Assembly: GCA_002633005.1 (NCBI GenBank)
Contig: NMRA01000038.1
Span: forward strand, 145,154 to 209,153
Source of the DNA: Phoronis australis
Taxonomy: Eukaryota > Animalia > Phoronida
Direction of reading: 5' to 3'
DNA length: 64,000 nt
The notes under the pieces were generated by a model that was not told where the DNA came from, made no database searches, and saw nothing but the letters and a program-made list of their open reading frames with translations. This document shows positions 23,101-33,600 of the stretch, piece by piece (the stretch's first letter is position 1; each line of letters begins with the position of its first letter). The position numbers were made by a program, and so were the translations under genes.

Positions 23101-25587
23101 CAGAATCGTCTGCCGTGTACCTGGGCCGTGTACACACAACTGGGCCGTGTACACACAACTCGGCCGTGTACACACAACTGGGCCCTTTACACACAACTGG
23201 GCCCTGTACACACAACTGGGCCCTTTATACACAACTGGGCCCTGTACACACAACTGGGCCCTGTACACACAACTGGGCCATGTACACACAACTGGGCCCT
23301 GTACACACAACTGGGCCCTGTACACACAACTGGGCCCTGTAAACACAACACTTCTCTGATGAACACATTTCTTCTCTCATAGATCACTGCTGCATTAAAG
23401 TAGTTCTTTTCGCTTTCTGATAGGAGGCAGAAGAAAGCAGGAATATTAGACAAAACTATCTGACTGGCTACAACTGTGCATCATCACCGTCGTTAGTCCT
23501 TCATTATTGCGAATGTTGACATCAGCACCGCACTCCAATAGACGGCTCATGCATTTCTGTTTCCTGGAAAAAAAACGATAAATGATCAAAAAATCTCAAA
23601 AACTTACTTCATTAAACTTCCATTTATTATGAGTTATAACATAATACAATTACCTAAAGACGAATCAAAACCCCATTTCTAAAGATCGTTCGATTTAAGT
23701 TATTTCAAGGTCATTTTTCTCAAAATAGTTCAATTTAAATTATGGATGACAGTGCTAGGCATGTCCATTGTTTGCTCTACATTTCCAAGCACTGGGCCAC
23801 AACAGGCCTACCTTCCAAAATTTTGACCATGTCCACTTTAATTTCTTGGCATACAAAATTCAGTACATTTGCGAAGAATGATGCACAATATGAAAAGCAA
23901 GAATGGGTGGTGGTACATGTACTTAGGAAATTGGTAAGTGAATGTGATGGTTTTCATTTCATTATAGTATATTCCTTACAATTTATCAAAATTGCACTCG
24001 TAAGTTCGTACAAAATTTCCTTTAGCAAACAAACACTGCATGAGACATAAACAGAAAAACAAGTATTCAGCAGACAGCCACAAACAGTAAAAAAGCCACT
24101 TTTGATATGCAACTATTTGCTGATGACAAACACAAAAAAGTCCATGATTCCGTTTCTTAATTCCAGCAATTATCCTATAACTCCAGTCCCGTACCACTCG
24201 TTATCAAACCTTTGGTATTAACCAGAATGAGAATGGTAATGAGGTAATAATAAGCTGTTATACTGCAAGTATTAGTACTATAATTTGGTATTAACCAGAA
24301 TGAGAATGGTAATATGGTAATAATAATCAGTTATACTGCAAGTATTAGTACTATAATTTGGTAAGTGTGTTTATATCATCATAGTTCCGTATGCTAATTT
24401 CAAGTGTTATATTGCATTTGTCATTTTTGATGTGCGTTTTACTGTGAACTCATAGTAAATGCAAGCCTGAAGAAGAGATATGTGTCTTGAAATATCGCTT
24501 TGTAAATTATGTTGCCATCTAATGTCTATTGGATTTTTATTGCACTGTTGTGAATGTAAATGCAAGATCTCTCTTTAGAGTGTTTGAAAGAACCGAAATC
24601 AAACTCATAAAAACTGAACAAAGTCGTGCCTTCAATGAAATATGCATACGAGAAAGCATTAGGGAAGCATATGCAAGACTTACCCATTTTTGGCAGACAA
24701 ATGAAGAGGAGTACTTCCAGATATGTCACACAGGTTCGGGTCACAGCCTTGCTTGAGCAGAAAGCAAAGGCACTCATATGAGCCACAGCTAAAATGCAAA
24801 AGATAGAGAAGTTACACGTATGTAGGAAATGTTAACAACCCATACACATAGTGTGACTTTAAGTTGATCAACATTTTCTAGAATTGCTATTTTTTCTGTG
24901 ACTATGAGTATAATCTAAAAATGAATGCCGAGAGTATCCACAAAAATTGTAAAGATGATATCTTAACTTTGTTGCTACATTATGCTATTTGTACAGTAAA
25001 GTCTCATCAATTTCCAACTAATACAATTGCCAAAATTGTGTTTCTTCAGAGCCCTTGTTCAAGTGAGCGGAAAGATAGGGTATTCAAAACTAACGATTAG
25101 CAAATGTGTTTCTTAACTTGAGGGAAATGCTTTAATGATTCGACTGAAGGGAATCGTTGGGCCTGATAAATGGAGTTTCATGCTGTTTTTAAATTGTTTT
25201 CATTCTGCAATGGGTTCGATTCCCCATGAAAACTTTTTAAAATCCAGGCATCAAAGGTGGTGGTTCTCCGTCAAATTACACATAATAAAATAAAGACCCC
25301 TTATTCATTAGCGCCATCTAGTGAAGATTGAGTCCCCTTACATTCAACCAAAAGTTTGTGCATTATTGAGAATAATACTTTGCAGCAATGTGAAGAAGAT
25401 TTCTTTGTGCTCTTCCAAATCGTTGAGACACATCAAACGGAGAATTATTCAGCAGATCGGCGAGAGACTTGTACTGGTTGGCTATAACCATAGGTGCCAA
25501 GATGTGGAATGCAGCCTTGTCCGTAGGAGGGAGTTCCACTGTCCTGGCACTTCTCAAAGAGTTCCGTAACCTCTGGATAAATTCCAT
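10025..25587 (-). CDS. HACE1: HACE1, ankyrin-repeat HECT E3 ubiquitin ligase; whole CDS span, 17 coding exons, 2793 nt, about 930 aa
   Basis: N-terminus [20 protein letters not shown], ankyrin repeats ([43 protein letters not shown]) and HECT C-terminus [40 protein letters not shown] all match remembered HACE1 sequence. All introns are GT-AG with consistent phases. Confidence 0.95.
10580..10693 (-). CDS. HACE1: HACE1 coding exon 16: [22 protein letters not shown]...LPSAGT(C)
   Basis: cag and gtaag boundaries, 114 nt. Confidence 0.93.
12104..12270 (-). CDS. HACE1: HACE1 coding exon 15: [15 protein letters not shown]...LQFVTG
   Basis: cag and gtgagt boundaries, HECT motifs WFW and FVTG. Confidence 0.93.
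12440..12502 (-). mobile_element. tRNA-derived SINE head fragment in a HACE1 intron
   Basis: A-box-like TGGCCTGGTGG and B-box-like GCGTTCAAATTCC with tRNA-like spacing; no full cloverleaf. Confidence 0.45.
12541..12672 (-). CDS. HACE1: HACE1 coding exon 14: [20 protein letters not shown]...FDEYEL
   Basis: cag and gtatgt boundaries, 132 nt, phase 0/0. Confidence 0.93.
13628..13762 (-). CDS. HACE1: HACE1 coding exon 13: [16 protein letters not shown]...VTEQNK
   Basis: cag and gtttgt boundaries, 135 nt. Confidence 0.93.
13786..14229. mobile_element. PIF/Harbinger-like MITE next to a HACE1 splice acceptor
   Basis: Left end CTGAGGTCCGTTTCATGAAAAGTGTCTTAAGAC matches the reverse complement of the right end, CTGTGGTCAGTTTCATTAACAGTGACATAAGAC. 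Related ends occur near 8660-9080 and 53520-53763. Confidence 0.6.
14688..14749 (-). CDS. HACE1: HACE1 coding exon 12: (G)[20 protein letters not shown]
   Basis: cag and gtaata boundaries, 62 nt. Confidence 0.92.
15289..15438 (-). CDS. HACE1: HACE1 coding exon 11: [23 protein letters not shown]...FYKHIL
   Basis: tag and gtgagc boundaries, 150 nt. Confidence 0.93.
16014..16199 (-). CDS. HACE1: HACE1 coding exon 10: [11 protein letters not shown]...[16 protein letters not shown]...QSAD
   Basis: cag and gtaagc boundaries, start of the HECT N-lobe. Confidence 0.93.
17386..17503 (-). CDS. HACE1: HACE1 coding exon 9: [13 protein letters not shown]...VITVDR
   Basis: cag and gtgggt boundaries, 118 nt, phases fit neighbouring exons. 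Confidence 0.9.
18068..18224 (-). CDS. HACE1: HACE1 coding exon 8: [10 protein letters not shown]...[14 protein letters not shown]...IHTQ
   Basis: cag and gtaaga boundaries, 157 nt. Confidence 0.92.
18837..19240 (-). CDS. HACE1: HACE1 coding exon 7: [13 protein letters not shown]...[13 protein letters not shown]
   Basis: tag and gtaggt boundaries, 404 nt; conserved ends flank a Ser-rich linker. Confidence 0.9.
19378..19715. mobile_element. MITE of the CAGTGGCGGATC-TIR family with 5-bp TSD (GTATA)
   Basis: CAGTGGTGGATCT...AAATCCGCCTATG, flanked on both sides by GTATA. Confidence 0.75.
20555..20708 (-). CDS. HACE1: HACE1 coding exon 6: [16 protein letters not shown]...DHCFE
   Basis: tag and gtaagt boundaries, 154 nt. 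Confidence 0.88.
21221..21405 (-). CDS. HACE1: HACE1 coding exon 5: [15 protein letters not shown]...ATGHHLL
   Basis: tag and gtttgc boundaries, 185 nt. Confidence 0.88.
21604..21925. mobile_element. Hairpin-headed non-autonomous element (Crypton-like), same family as 46691-48307
   Basis: TTATTATATGGTGAAGCAGTTATTTCCC...GGGAAATAAGTGTTGAGTACATGTAATTATCTCTTTATCCTACATACTGA aligns with the head of the 806-bp units. The superfamily is inferred. Confidence 0.5.
21903..22659. repeat. Intronic satellite of alternating 77/74-bp monomers, each containing the HACE1 exon 4 3' end and splice donor
   Basis: ACCTCACATGTCTCTGAGTAGCCATTGGCA recurs at 21951, 22028, 22102, 22179, 22253, 22330, 22404, 22481, 22555 and at the true exon end (22630). 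Confidence 0.95.
22632..22967 (-). CDS. HACE1: HACE1 coding exon 4 (ankyrin repeats): [13 protein letters not shown]...NGYSETCE
   Basis: cag and gtactg boundaries, 336 nt. Confidence 0.93.
23116..23349. repeat. 19-bp minisatellite (GTACACACAACTGGGCCCT), about 12 copies
   Basis: Directly visible tandem array in HACE1 intron; it produces the repetitive ORFs in the track. Confidence 0.95.
23488..23563 (-). CDS. HACE1: HACE1 coding exon 3: [25 protein letters not shown]
   Basis: cag and gtgatg boundaries, 76 nt. Confidence 0.92.
24211..24363. repeat. Tandem duplication of about 73 bp, 2 copies
   Basis: TTTGGTATTAACCAGAATGAGAATGGTAAT...GTATTAGTACTATAA is repeated. Confidence 0.85.
24684..24788 (-). 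CDS. HACE1: HACE1 coding exon 2: [34 protein letters not shown]
   Basis: tag and gtaagt boundaries, 105 nt. Confidence 0.92.
25379..25587 (-). CDS. HACE1: HACE1 coding exon 1: [20 protein letters not shown]...LLHIAA(N)
   Basis: ATG at 25587 aligns with the conserved N-terminus; an in-frame alternative ATG lies at 25611. Donor gtatta. Candidate acceptor at 25661-25663. Confidence 0.9.
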
Positions 25588-26501
25588 AACTTTAGCTGGA
25601 CTGATCATCATATGTGGCAAGCTCCAATTGTCTGGAAGGATGTGTGTCCCTGTTAGACATCTGTAAGACAATATCCCATAATCACATAAACATTTATGGA
25701 AATCATAAAAACTTAGGTATATACAGCACAGAAACTAGCTGTTGGTGCATCTAATGCAGCTTGTACACTGGAAGATTTTTTGAAAATTACTCTTAGCCCT
25801 GCGTCACTATAACTATCGTTTAAGTGTAGATGGAGGCAGTTGAAGTTGGACAAATACTTCTGCAATTAACTGTTTTCAGAATAGTCTTTCATTTCATCAA
25901 AGAAATTGTTTATCAAGCCATTTCTATTGTGATTGCATCATTGCACATGTCTGTAGCACTGCTAACTTTTTAATTACATCAAAGTCGGGCTTCTTGACTT
26001 CAGGAGTCAGCCAATTACTAACTCACTACACTGTTAATCCACCCAAATTTGCTAATGCTCAAAACTTATCCACCAGTGTCACACCTCTTGTATCTGGACA
26101 AAATATAGCATCAATGACAAATGAAGACATATTGGGAAGAAGTAACCAAACCGCTCATTAAGTTGGAAGGGTTTAAAGACATCAACAGCCTCCAAAGGTG
26201 TCTCCTTCTAAGCTCAAGAGGTACTCATAGAAACATGACTTATGGTTTAGCCAGTCTGAGGCCTAATTTGATGAAAAGCTTCAGTCTGACATATGGCTGC
26301 ATACCCACTGGATAGCCACTGGTCTAAGACAGCCTTGTTGCTGGCCCAGTTCAACTGGTGGTACGGTTCGTGTTCCAAATGTTGTCACCGTATACTCAGT
26401 AACAATATGTCCGAAAGACATACACCCCCAGACCCGATTGAGGGCTAGCAGTTGAAAATAGCCAACAACAACAGATCCTAGTAAAGTTTGGGGTCAATGT
26501 A

Positions 26502-27108
26502 GACAGTGACCACCATCCTACTGGTGGTGCCAGTAGGACGGTGGAGCTTCTATAGGCGCTTCATACGCCGAAAGCTTTTCGGCGAATTATGCCTCGCACT
26601 CACCAACACCTCAAAGTCACATTATTATAAATACCTTTTGCACATAGAGGGACACCTTAGGAGGCCGTCGATGTATTTAATTTCTTCCAACTCGAACAAA
26701 TACTCCCGTTATCAAACTTTTTCTTCGAGTAGTCCCTCGTTCAGTTCCCAAAATTGGTAACTCACCATTTTTAACACTGCGCGCAGCAGGTTGTATGACA
26801 TCATATCCCCTAGCATGCACAGAGTGAAAATGGCGAGTTGCCGATTTTAGCAACTGAACAAGGGACTGTTCGAAGAAAAAGTTTGATAATGGGGGTATAT
26901 TTGTCAGAGTTGGAAGGAATTATGTACATCGACGGCCTCCTTGGGTGTCACTCTATGCGCAAAAGGTATTTATAACAATGTGACTTTGATGTTTTAGTCA
27001 GAGTAAGGCATGATTCGCCGAAAAGTTTCTGGCGTATGAAGCGCCTATAGAGCTCCACTGACTCAGTGGCTGTCTCTTCTGAGCCAGTTAGAGACGGTGG
27101 TCACTGTC
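26502..27108. mobile_element. Foldback element, about 600 bp near-palindrome, in the predicted HACE1 5'UTR intron
   Basis: GTGGAGCTTCTATAGGCGCTTCATACGCC...TCAAAGTCACATT...AAATACCTTTTG is mirrored by CAAAAGGTATTT...AATGTGACTTTGA...GGCGTATGAAGCGCCTATAGAGCTCCAC. Outer arms are GACAGTGACCACC/GGTGGTCACTGTC. Confidence 0.85.
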
Positions 27109-27539
27109 AAGCCTTGACAGTGTCAAGGGTCAATGGGCAGTTGAAAGAAAAGGTTTATCATGCGAATACTCTCACAAATACATGTCCCACAATGGAATTA
27201 ACTGCAAAGAACGCGTCAGGTAGTCTTGATATTGAGAACATCGCGTCATCACGCCATTTCCGCCCTCGGCTTCACTTCAGTCTAAGCACAAAACTGCAGT
27301 GCAGACTTCACATAAACTTGACTTGTCTCGTCACTTTTGTCTTGCCTCGCTCGCGGACGCCGAGCCTTGAGTTTCCTTAATTACACACAGAATTAAGTCA
27401 GATTTCAGAAATTAACGTACCACAACCTTGAAAACTTCGCCTACAACCCTGTAAGTACGTTTCTCGTAATTCACTCGTTTAACTGCACGGTCAACGTTAT
27501 TTATAGGCTCATCCTGTTCTAAAAATAGAAAATGTAAAC

Positions 27540-27592
27540 ACTTCCGGTTTATTTTTCTCGCGAGAACCAAGGATTCAGAGAGTCCCGGAAGT
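27540..27592. promoter_or_regulatory. Candidate bidirectional promoter core shared by HACE1 and MEI4
   Basis: ACTTCCGG (27540-27547), TCTCGCGAGA (27556-27565) and CCGGAAGT (27585-27592). A minus-strand donor GTACGT lies at 27415-27420 and a plus-strand ATG...G|GTAAGA at 27660-27681. Confidence 0.65.
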
Positions 27593-27659
27593 CTAGCAGA
27601 CGAAATATTTCTTTACGGGGTGTTTTCAACTTGAGTTTTCGTGATACGATGAAAAAAGA

Positions 27660-27675
27660 ATGTCAAACATTTACG
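27660..27675 (+). CDS. MEI4: MEI4 predicted coding exon 1: MSNIY(D)
   Basis: ATGTCAAACATTTACG|GTAAGA. Phase 1 matches the exon 2 acceptor, and it lies next to the promoter motifs. Confidence 0.55.
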
Positions 27676-30600
27676 GTAAGAGTAACTCGATATAACAGGA
27701 TAGAGAGGGGTGGGACTATTGGCGCACTTTTTAATATAGGCTTCGTTCTTGCTGGCTTGATGAATGCTGAAGCCGGCGTCGACTTCGTGTCAAAAGCCGT
27801 TTAAGCGTAACTGAGCCGGCAGTATTATCAGATCATCCGATGTAAAACAACAATCATGGGCACAGTCTTGAACTTAATTGTTGAGTGGGCTAATTACTGT
27901 GGGCAAAAAGAGGGGGGATGGGCGGCAAAGCGGGGTAATGCCCCTCACGTACCCACAACTTCTGCCCGAAGTAGGCCTACCACGATTGGGTCGCACAATC
28001 ATCGTGTAGTGTAGCAAAATGCGCTGACACATCTTCAACAAAACAACACAACGCGACATTATCCCTACTTATTTAACACCACATTATCATCTTATGTAGT
28101 CTGGCACTTTATAACACTCATGAATTAAAGTGGGGCACATTTCGAGAGCACCTTATCACTCATAAATAGCTCTTTAAAAACCTGTAGTCGGCTGCAGGCG
28201 CGGAGCCTGTCAAAGTGGGCGGCGGCGCACCATACTAGCAGGGGGCTGGGCCTGGGGGCTATAGCCCCCACTTTTGTTCAGTGCTACGCCGCACATGGTC
28301 TATAGGCGGTGCACGGCCACAGTGGGGATGAGGGGCAGTTTAGCTCCCCCCCCCCCCCTCCCACGTTTTTCACTGCTGCGCCACCCATGTGTGACTATAA
28401 TGTTACTGCTGGCCTAGATGGTAGAGTCTAGGCAGTTCCTACTAATGCAGTTTTATTTGCATTATTGAAGTCTTCAAGCTGTTAACACATGCCGGTCGCT
28501 CGCTGAGAGGGCTGACCCTCATGAAACCGTATTTTTGACAAAACACGTAATGAGTCACGTGACCGTTTTTCCAGAAGTCATGACATTTTGCGGAGTTCCC
28601 GCCGGCTTTTCCTCAAGAAAACATATGTTCTCTTTCCTTGCATTGTTTCAGAATCAACGTGATTGATATTTTCTATTATGCATTCTGTCGGAGGGCATTT
28701 TATGAAGACTTCTCTAATTTTGCAAACTTCCAATATCCGTGAATTTTTCCAAGTTCTCCATTTATAGTGGCATTTGGAACACCTCGGGGGTATTTTCGCA
28801 GGCCCAACATTTTGCGATTACGAAAATACTCGATATTTTCAGGATCACAAGGCATTTGACACAAAACGAAACCAACTCGCGAAAATGAAGTGTCTGGAAA
28901 TCTGGATCAGTCAAAGGCCATATCGCTTGGGGCAAACGGCTATAGCAGCACTTAGAAACAACCGACACTGTTGTGGAAAAGCATCACAATAATAACACGC
29001 GAGTAGTAAAACCAGAGGCATTCTAATGCTCTCTTGGCGGGGCTTGCGGACCAAACCATGCGCGCACCCAGCCTCTAAAAAATGGTTGGCTTTAATTTTT
29101 GAGAATGTGAACCTTTTACTAAGATTCACGGGGTACACTCAGTGGTAGTTCCTGAAGACTTTGTCTCGCTTTCTATTTTTTCGGAGTTTTTGTTTCTCTG
29201 GTGCGGACCTTTTTGTCAGACAGTCACGCCAGACAGTCACGCCAGACAGTTGGTAAATATGAACAAATCGTTGCTAATAAAATACGTAAATGTAGTGGAA
29301 TCGAATTACAAGAAAGCTGGTTGCCGGAACTTGGTTCGAGTGATGCTACGTTGGGCTCACTCACTCTGCATAACGTCACACTCTTAGACATTAAAATGTC
29401 TATGGTTACATTCCACTCTTCATTTTCCATGAACAGGCGCTAGGATACGACATTCACACTTTCCTAAAGGTCTCAGTTCCAAAGCCGGATTTTCAAGTAT
29501 CAACGGATTTCTTTCGGCTTAGTAACAACGAAATTCTTCTCACAGCAACTGTGAGGAATCCATATGCTAAAATCTTTGTCTTGATAGAGTAGAAATCTTT
29601 TGAATCATTGAAATATCTCATGGTTTATTAGTCATTTATGTATTATTCTCTCTGGTTCATTTCCTGTTTCAAGTTACTATTACTCCCTGTTATTTTTCGC
29701 ATTTTGGTAACACTCTTGGTTGAGTTTTAGAATTAAAAAATATTTTTAAACACGTCTGGTGTGCGAAATGATAATTGCGCATGAATTAAATTGTTCAAAT
29801 TTGGCTTCTGTTATAAACAAACACGTCACCATCAAGTACTAATCAACGGCTTTCAAATGATATGGCTCTTATGCAATTCGGTTGAATGATGTCGGAGTTG
29901 CGAATAGGTTTAATGACAGCAAATTCCATGACAAGACCCAGGGCCCGAACAAACGAACGCAAACAAATGCCATGCGTGCTCAACCTCATCAGCGCGAGAT
30001 CGAAGTTGGCATTTTTAAGGGCTGGAGTTTTAAGAAACATTTTCATAAGATGTTGTGGTGACGGGAGGCGGATTTATGCTCTCCACGAGCTGGCTCTCTA
30101 ACTTACATACTGTTGGGCGGAAATTGTATTACACTCGTTAATTACGGGCGTACATGTAAAGATCCTTTTCACGCCTGTTTTTTACGAGCGTAATGGTCAT
30201 GATGTCCAAACAGAGGTTCGATTGCAGGTAATGTGAGCTCTGAAAAAGTTGCTTGCTCGTAAACTTATGAATGTAAATGTACACTTGTAAAGTTACGCTC
30301 GTAAATGTACACTTGTAAAACGACAAGCGTAACACCGTGTGACGTCGAGCATAAATTACGAGTGTAGTTTTTTTACATGAGGCGAAGTTGGCACAACTGG
30401 AGCAGCTGACACGGAAGATTTGATCGGGCCTACTGTGGGTTCTGAGACACAACCGACACGGAACAAGTTGACACAGTGGAGGCCATTTTTGACACCGGTT
30501 TGAGAGATAGAGCAAGTTGCACGTGATCAGTTACTCCAATGTCAAATACATGTCTAAATATAAAGGCTGAAGGTATCGTCGATCCGAGTCTGTTACGCTA

Positions 30601-33600
30601 AGTTGCTAGTGCGCATCATATGTATACGTGTGATCTGCTGACATTCCAATTGGTTTCTGCAATCATGGGCTGATCGCCAGTCTTCGTGTATAGATGAGTC
30701 ATGACTATCGACTAGTTTGTAATCCATTGTCGTGTGCCCGAAGTGGAGCCTGCAACTCGCGCCGTGACATCTCACGCCGTTACAACGTCATGTGCTCCGC
30801 GTATAAAAAACATATCTCTAGGCGTGAACTATGACACGTACTTAGTAACCAGTCTGCTAGAGACCCAGTGTACAAAATAAATTAAGATTACGAAATTCAG
30901 CCCCGTTGGCTTTTCTCAGAGGCTGCCCGTAATTACACATCTAATTTGCTGCGACTGCAAGAACCCCAGCGGCGGCGAAATCGGATGAGCCTCTCAGCGG
31001 CAGCGTGACATGAGACTTCATTTCCGTAAAGTTTTCGGCACCTAAATGATTATGAATTCAGACTATATCCTGAAATACTATATACTCAACCAGCATTACT
31101 TATAGGTGGCATTGGTTTTGAAAAATGTCTTGCATTCAGGTTGGCCGTTTCCAGACGGCGGAGCAAATAATGACAGACCTCCCACACTTTCAATAAACTT
31201 GAAGCTGGGATAGATGTACTTGCACTTCAAGAACATTCTAACGTTCAACTATGCGGTTGGCATTGTTTCCTCCCTAAGGAGCGTGGAGTTCTCGATTAAA
31301 CTAAACTGTAATCTCAATCCCGCCCTTCAATGCTGATTGCTGCATGTCTTTGTTTCTGTTCTCGCGGTGACGTGAGACTTTCGAAATGCCACATTCAAAT
31401 GTCACTTGAGTAATTTTAAGCTCAACGAATTAGCCACACAAGGAATTAGTATTTTGAAATCAATTTTTTGTGTAGCTGATTCGTCTCTAAGGCCAATGGC
31501 CAGCCAAAAATGAAGGATAACAAAAAGTCGTTAATAGTCAGATAAAGGCATCTCTGCTTTTTGTGCCCACTATGCGTCTTCAACTAGATAAGTACTATAA
31601 TTCATTTGCACTTGTAACTGGATTTCCAGCGTCTGCGTATATTTGCTGGAAATGATATGAGTACGTATTTCATAACAAAGCCACCGCAAGAGCATTGTCC
31701 TATGACTACGTCAGCCACGTACTAGACAATTTCCCGAAGTCTGAGTAAATTAGTCCTGGCTGTTCACAGTCTCCTAGCTGTTGTCTCGTAACAATCATTC
31801 GTCAGTGACTGGTGAAAGGGACACGATCGGTTTCACGGCCCAAAAAAGCGGGTTATTTGGGGGATATTTTGAAGTAAAATTGGCTTCTTGAAATTATTTT
31901 GTAGCTTTGACCAGAGCCATAAAACAGCAACTCCGTTGTGTCTCGGGATTTTATTTAGAATGGCCGATTTTTAACATTGGCTGCCAATCGAAGTTAACTA
32001 AAATCGAGCCAACGACTAGGCTCCGTAAAAATGTCCGACGCAGGCAGTGTGTAGTGCTGATCAAAGCACCACTCTCCTAAGCGTTGAGAACAAAATCGAG
32101 CGCTGGGCTACCCTCTGTCCATATGCTAGCGCCACCTATACGAGAGAGTGGTAGTAGTCTTTTGAAATGATGTTGCTCGACATGCAGTGCGGTGCGCATG
32201 CCTGGGTCTATGCCTTTTTTGTCGTGAGCGTATGGTGCTGGAGAGAGCCGGAAAAGTGTATTGAATCGTTTTGTTGTTTTAGTTTGACATCTTATTACCT
32301 AATGTGTCTCAAACACGAACTTTTGTGGAGGTCATCGGTGATCAGTGCAGCAGCCACAAGCCTGGCAAGGATATTTCTCAATAGATGGAGTAGTGCTCTT
32401 ATGCATTTCTCAACATCAACCAATTGAAATGCCGGGGTGTTATTTTCCAATTGGGATGCCCAAATGTTACTTCGTTTTGTTATTCAATGAGCAGCCAGGT
32501 TACACAATCCTTTCTGTGCCACTGGAACCTGACTTGAGACCCTGTCGGGTACTGTCGAGAAGAATGTACATGTAGCTCTGGAGCACCATATGAGATGAGC
32601 TGAACATTTTAAAATTCCACTTTGCCCTGTTTAGCTGGCTAAAAGCAAAAATCGAATTAGACATTTTGCTCTCATAAAATCGCGTCTCTTAAAATTCCTA
32701 CCGCAGTAAGATTCCATTTCCGTTAACAACCCAAGTTACAGGCAGCGCGCACATGTGCCATTTACGAATTCACAATTTTAGGGTTGACGAACCCCAATTA
32801 ACTGTGAAGCGTTTCTTGAGTCGCTGATGGTTTCAATGCTCTTGATAGTAACAACTAGTATCCTATCACAGTAAGTAATATCATGAGACCACGTTTATGA
32901 GAGTAAAATGCCAAGAATTCGATTTTCCAGTCAGCTAAACAGGGCGAATTGCAGCTTTAAACGCAAACCTTCGATTTTTGAAATCCTATAGTGTTCCCAG
33001 TCTTTGACTAATTAAGCGATTGAAATCACCATCTAAGTCTCAACATTTTTCAAATGATTTCCATTTACTTTGTAAGCCAACGAACTAGCGTATATTATCT
33101 TACTTAGATCCGGTCAGGTTGTCTCCACGGGTAACCCCACGCCGCATTTTCAGACGGAAGCACATCATTACCTTGTAATATCAGGCATTTAAAGCAATGC
33201 CACCCAGCCATTTCTGTTCTCTTGCTTTCTTTCCTTGTAAATTGTACTATTTTTGAGTGGTCTCACGAAATGTCGTTTGGTAGTTTTAGGTTAGCCGACT
33301 GTACTAGACGGTCTCGTCACCCAGTGACTCCAGAAATGATACAAATTCCTCTTTCCTAAAAGGAAAATCAACTTAAACCCGACAACCTGATAATTATAAC
33401 TGCTAAACTATGCGTTTTGGGGGGTAATTTATCGTGGCATGACTGAACTTTAAAATTGCACTACGTGCCGGGTTAACTGAGCTTCCGAGAAGTTTCGATT
33501 ATCTCGTTGGACTCGCAGACTCTTGCAAACACGAAATTGAAGCAAAACAAAAATCCACTTACCTAAGAAAGTCGAAGTCGTTTTTATGAAATTACACTGA

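Noticed and set aside
23041-23453. Several overlapping ORFs with repeating [18 protein letters not shown] peptides
   Set aside because: Translation artefacts of the 19-bp intronic minisatellite.
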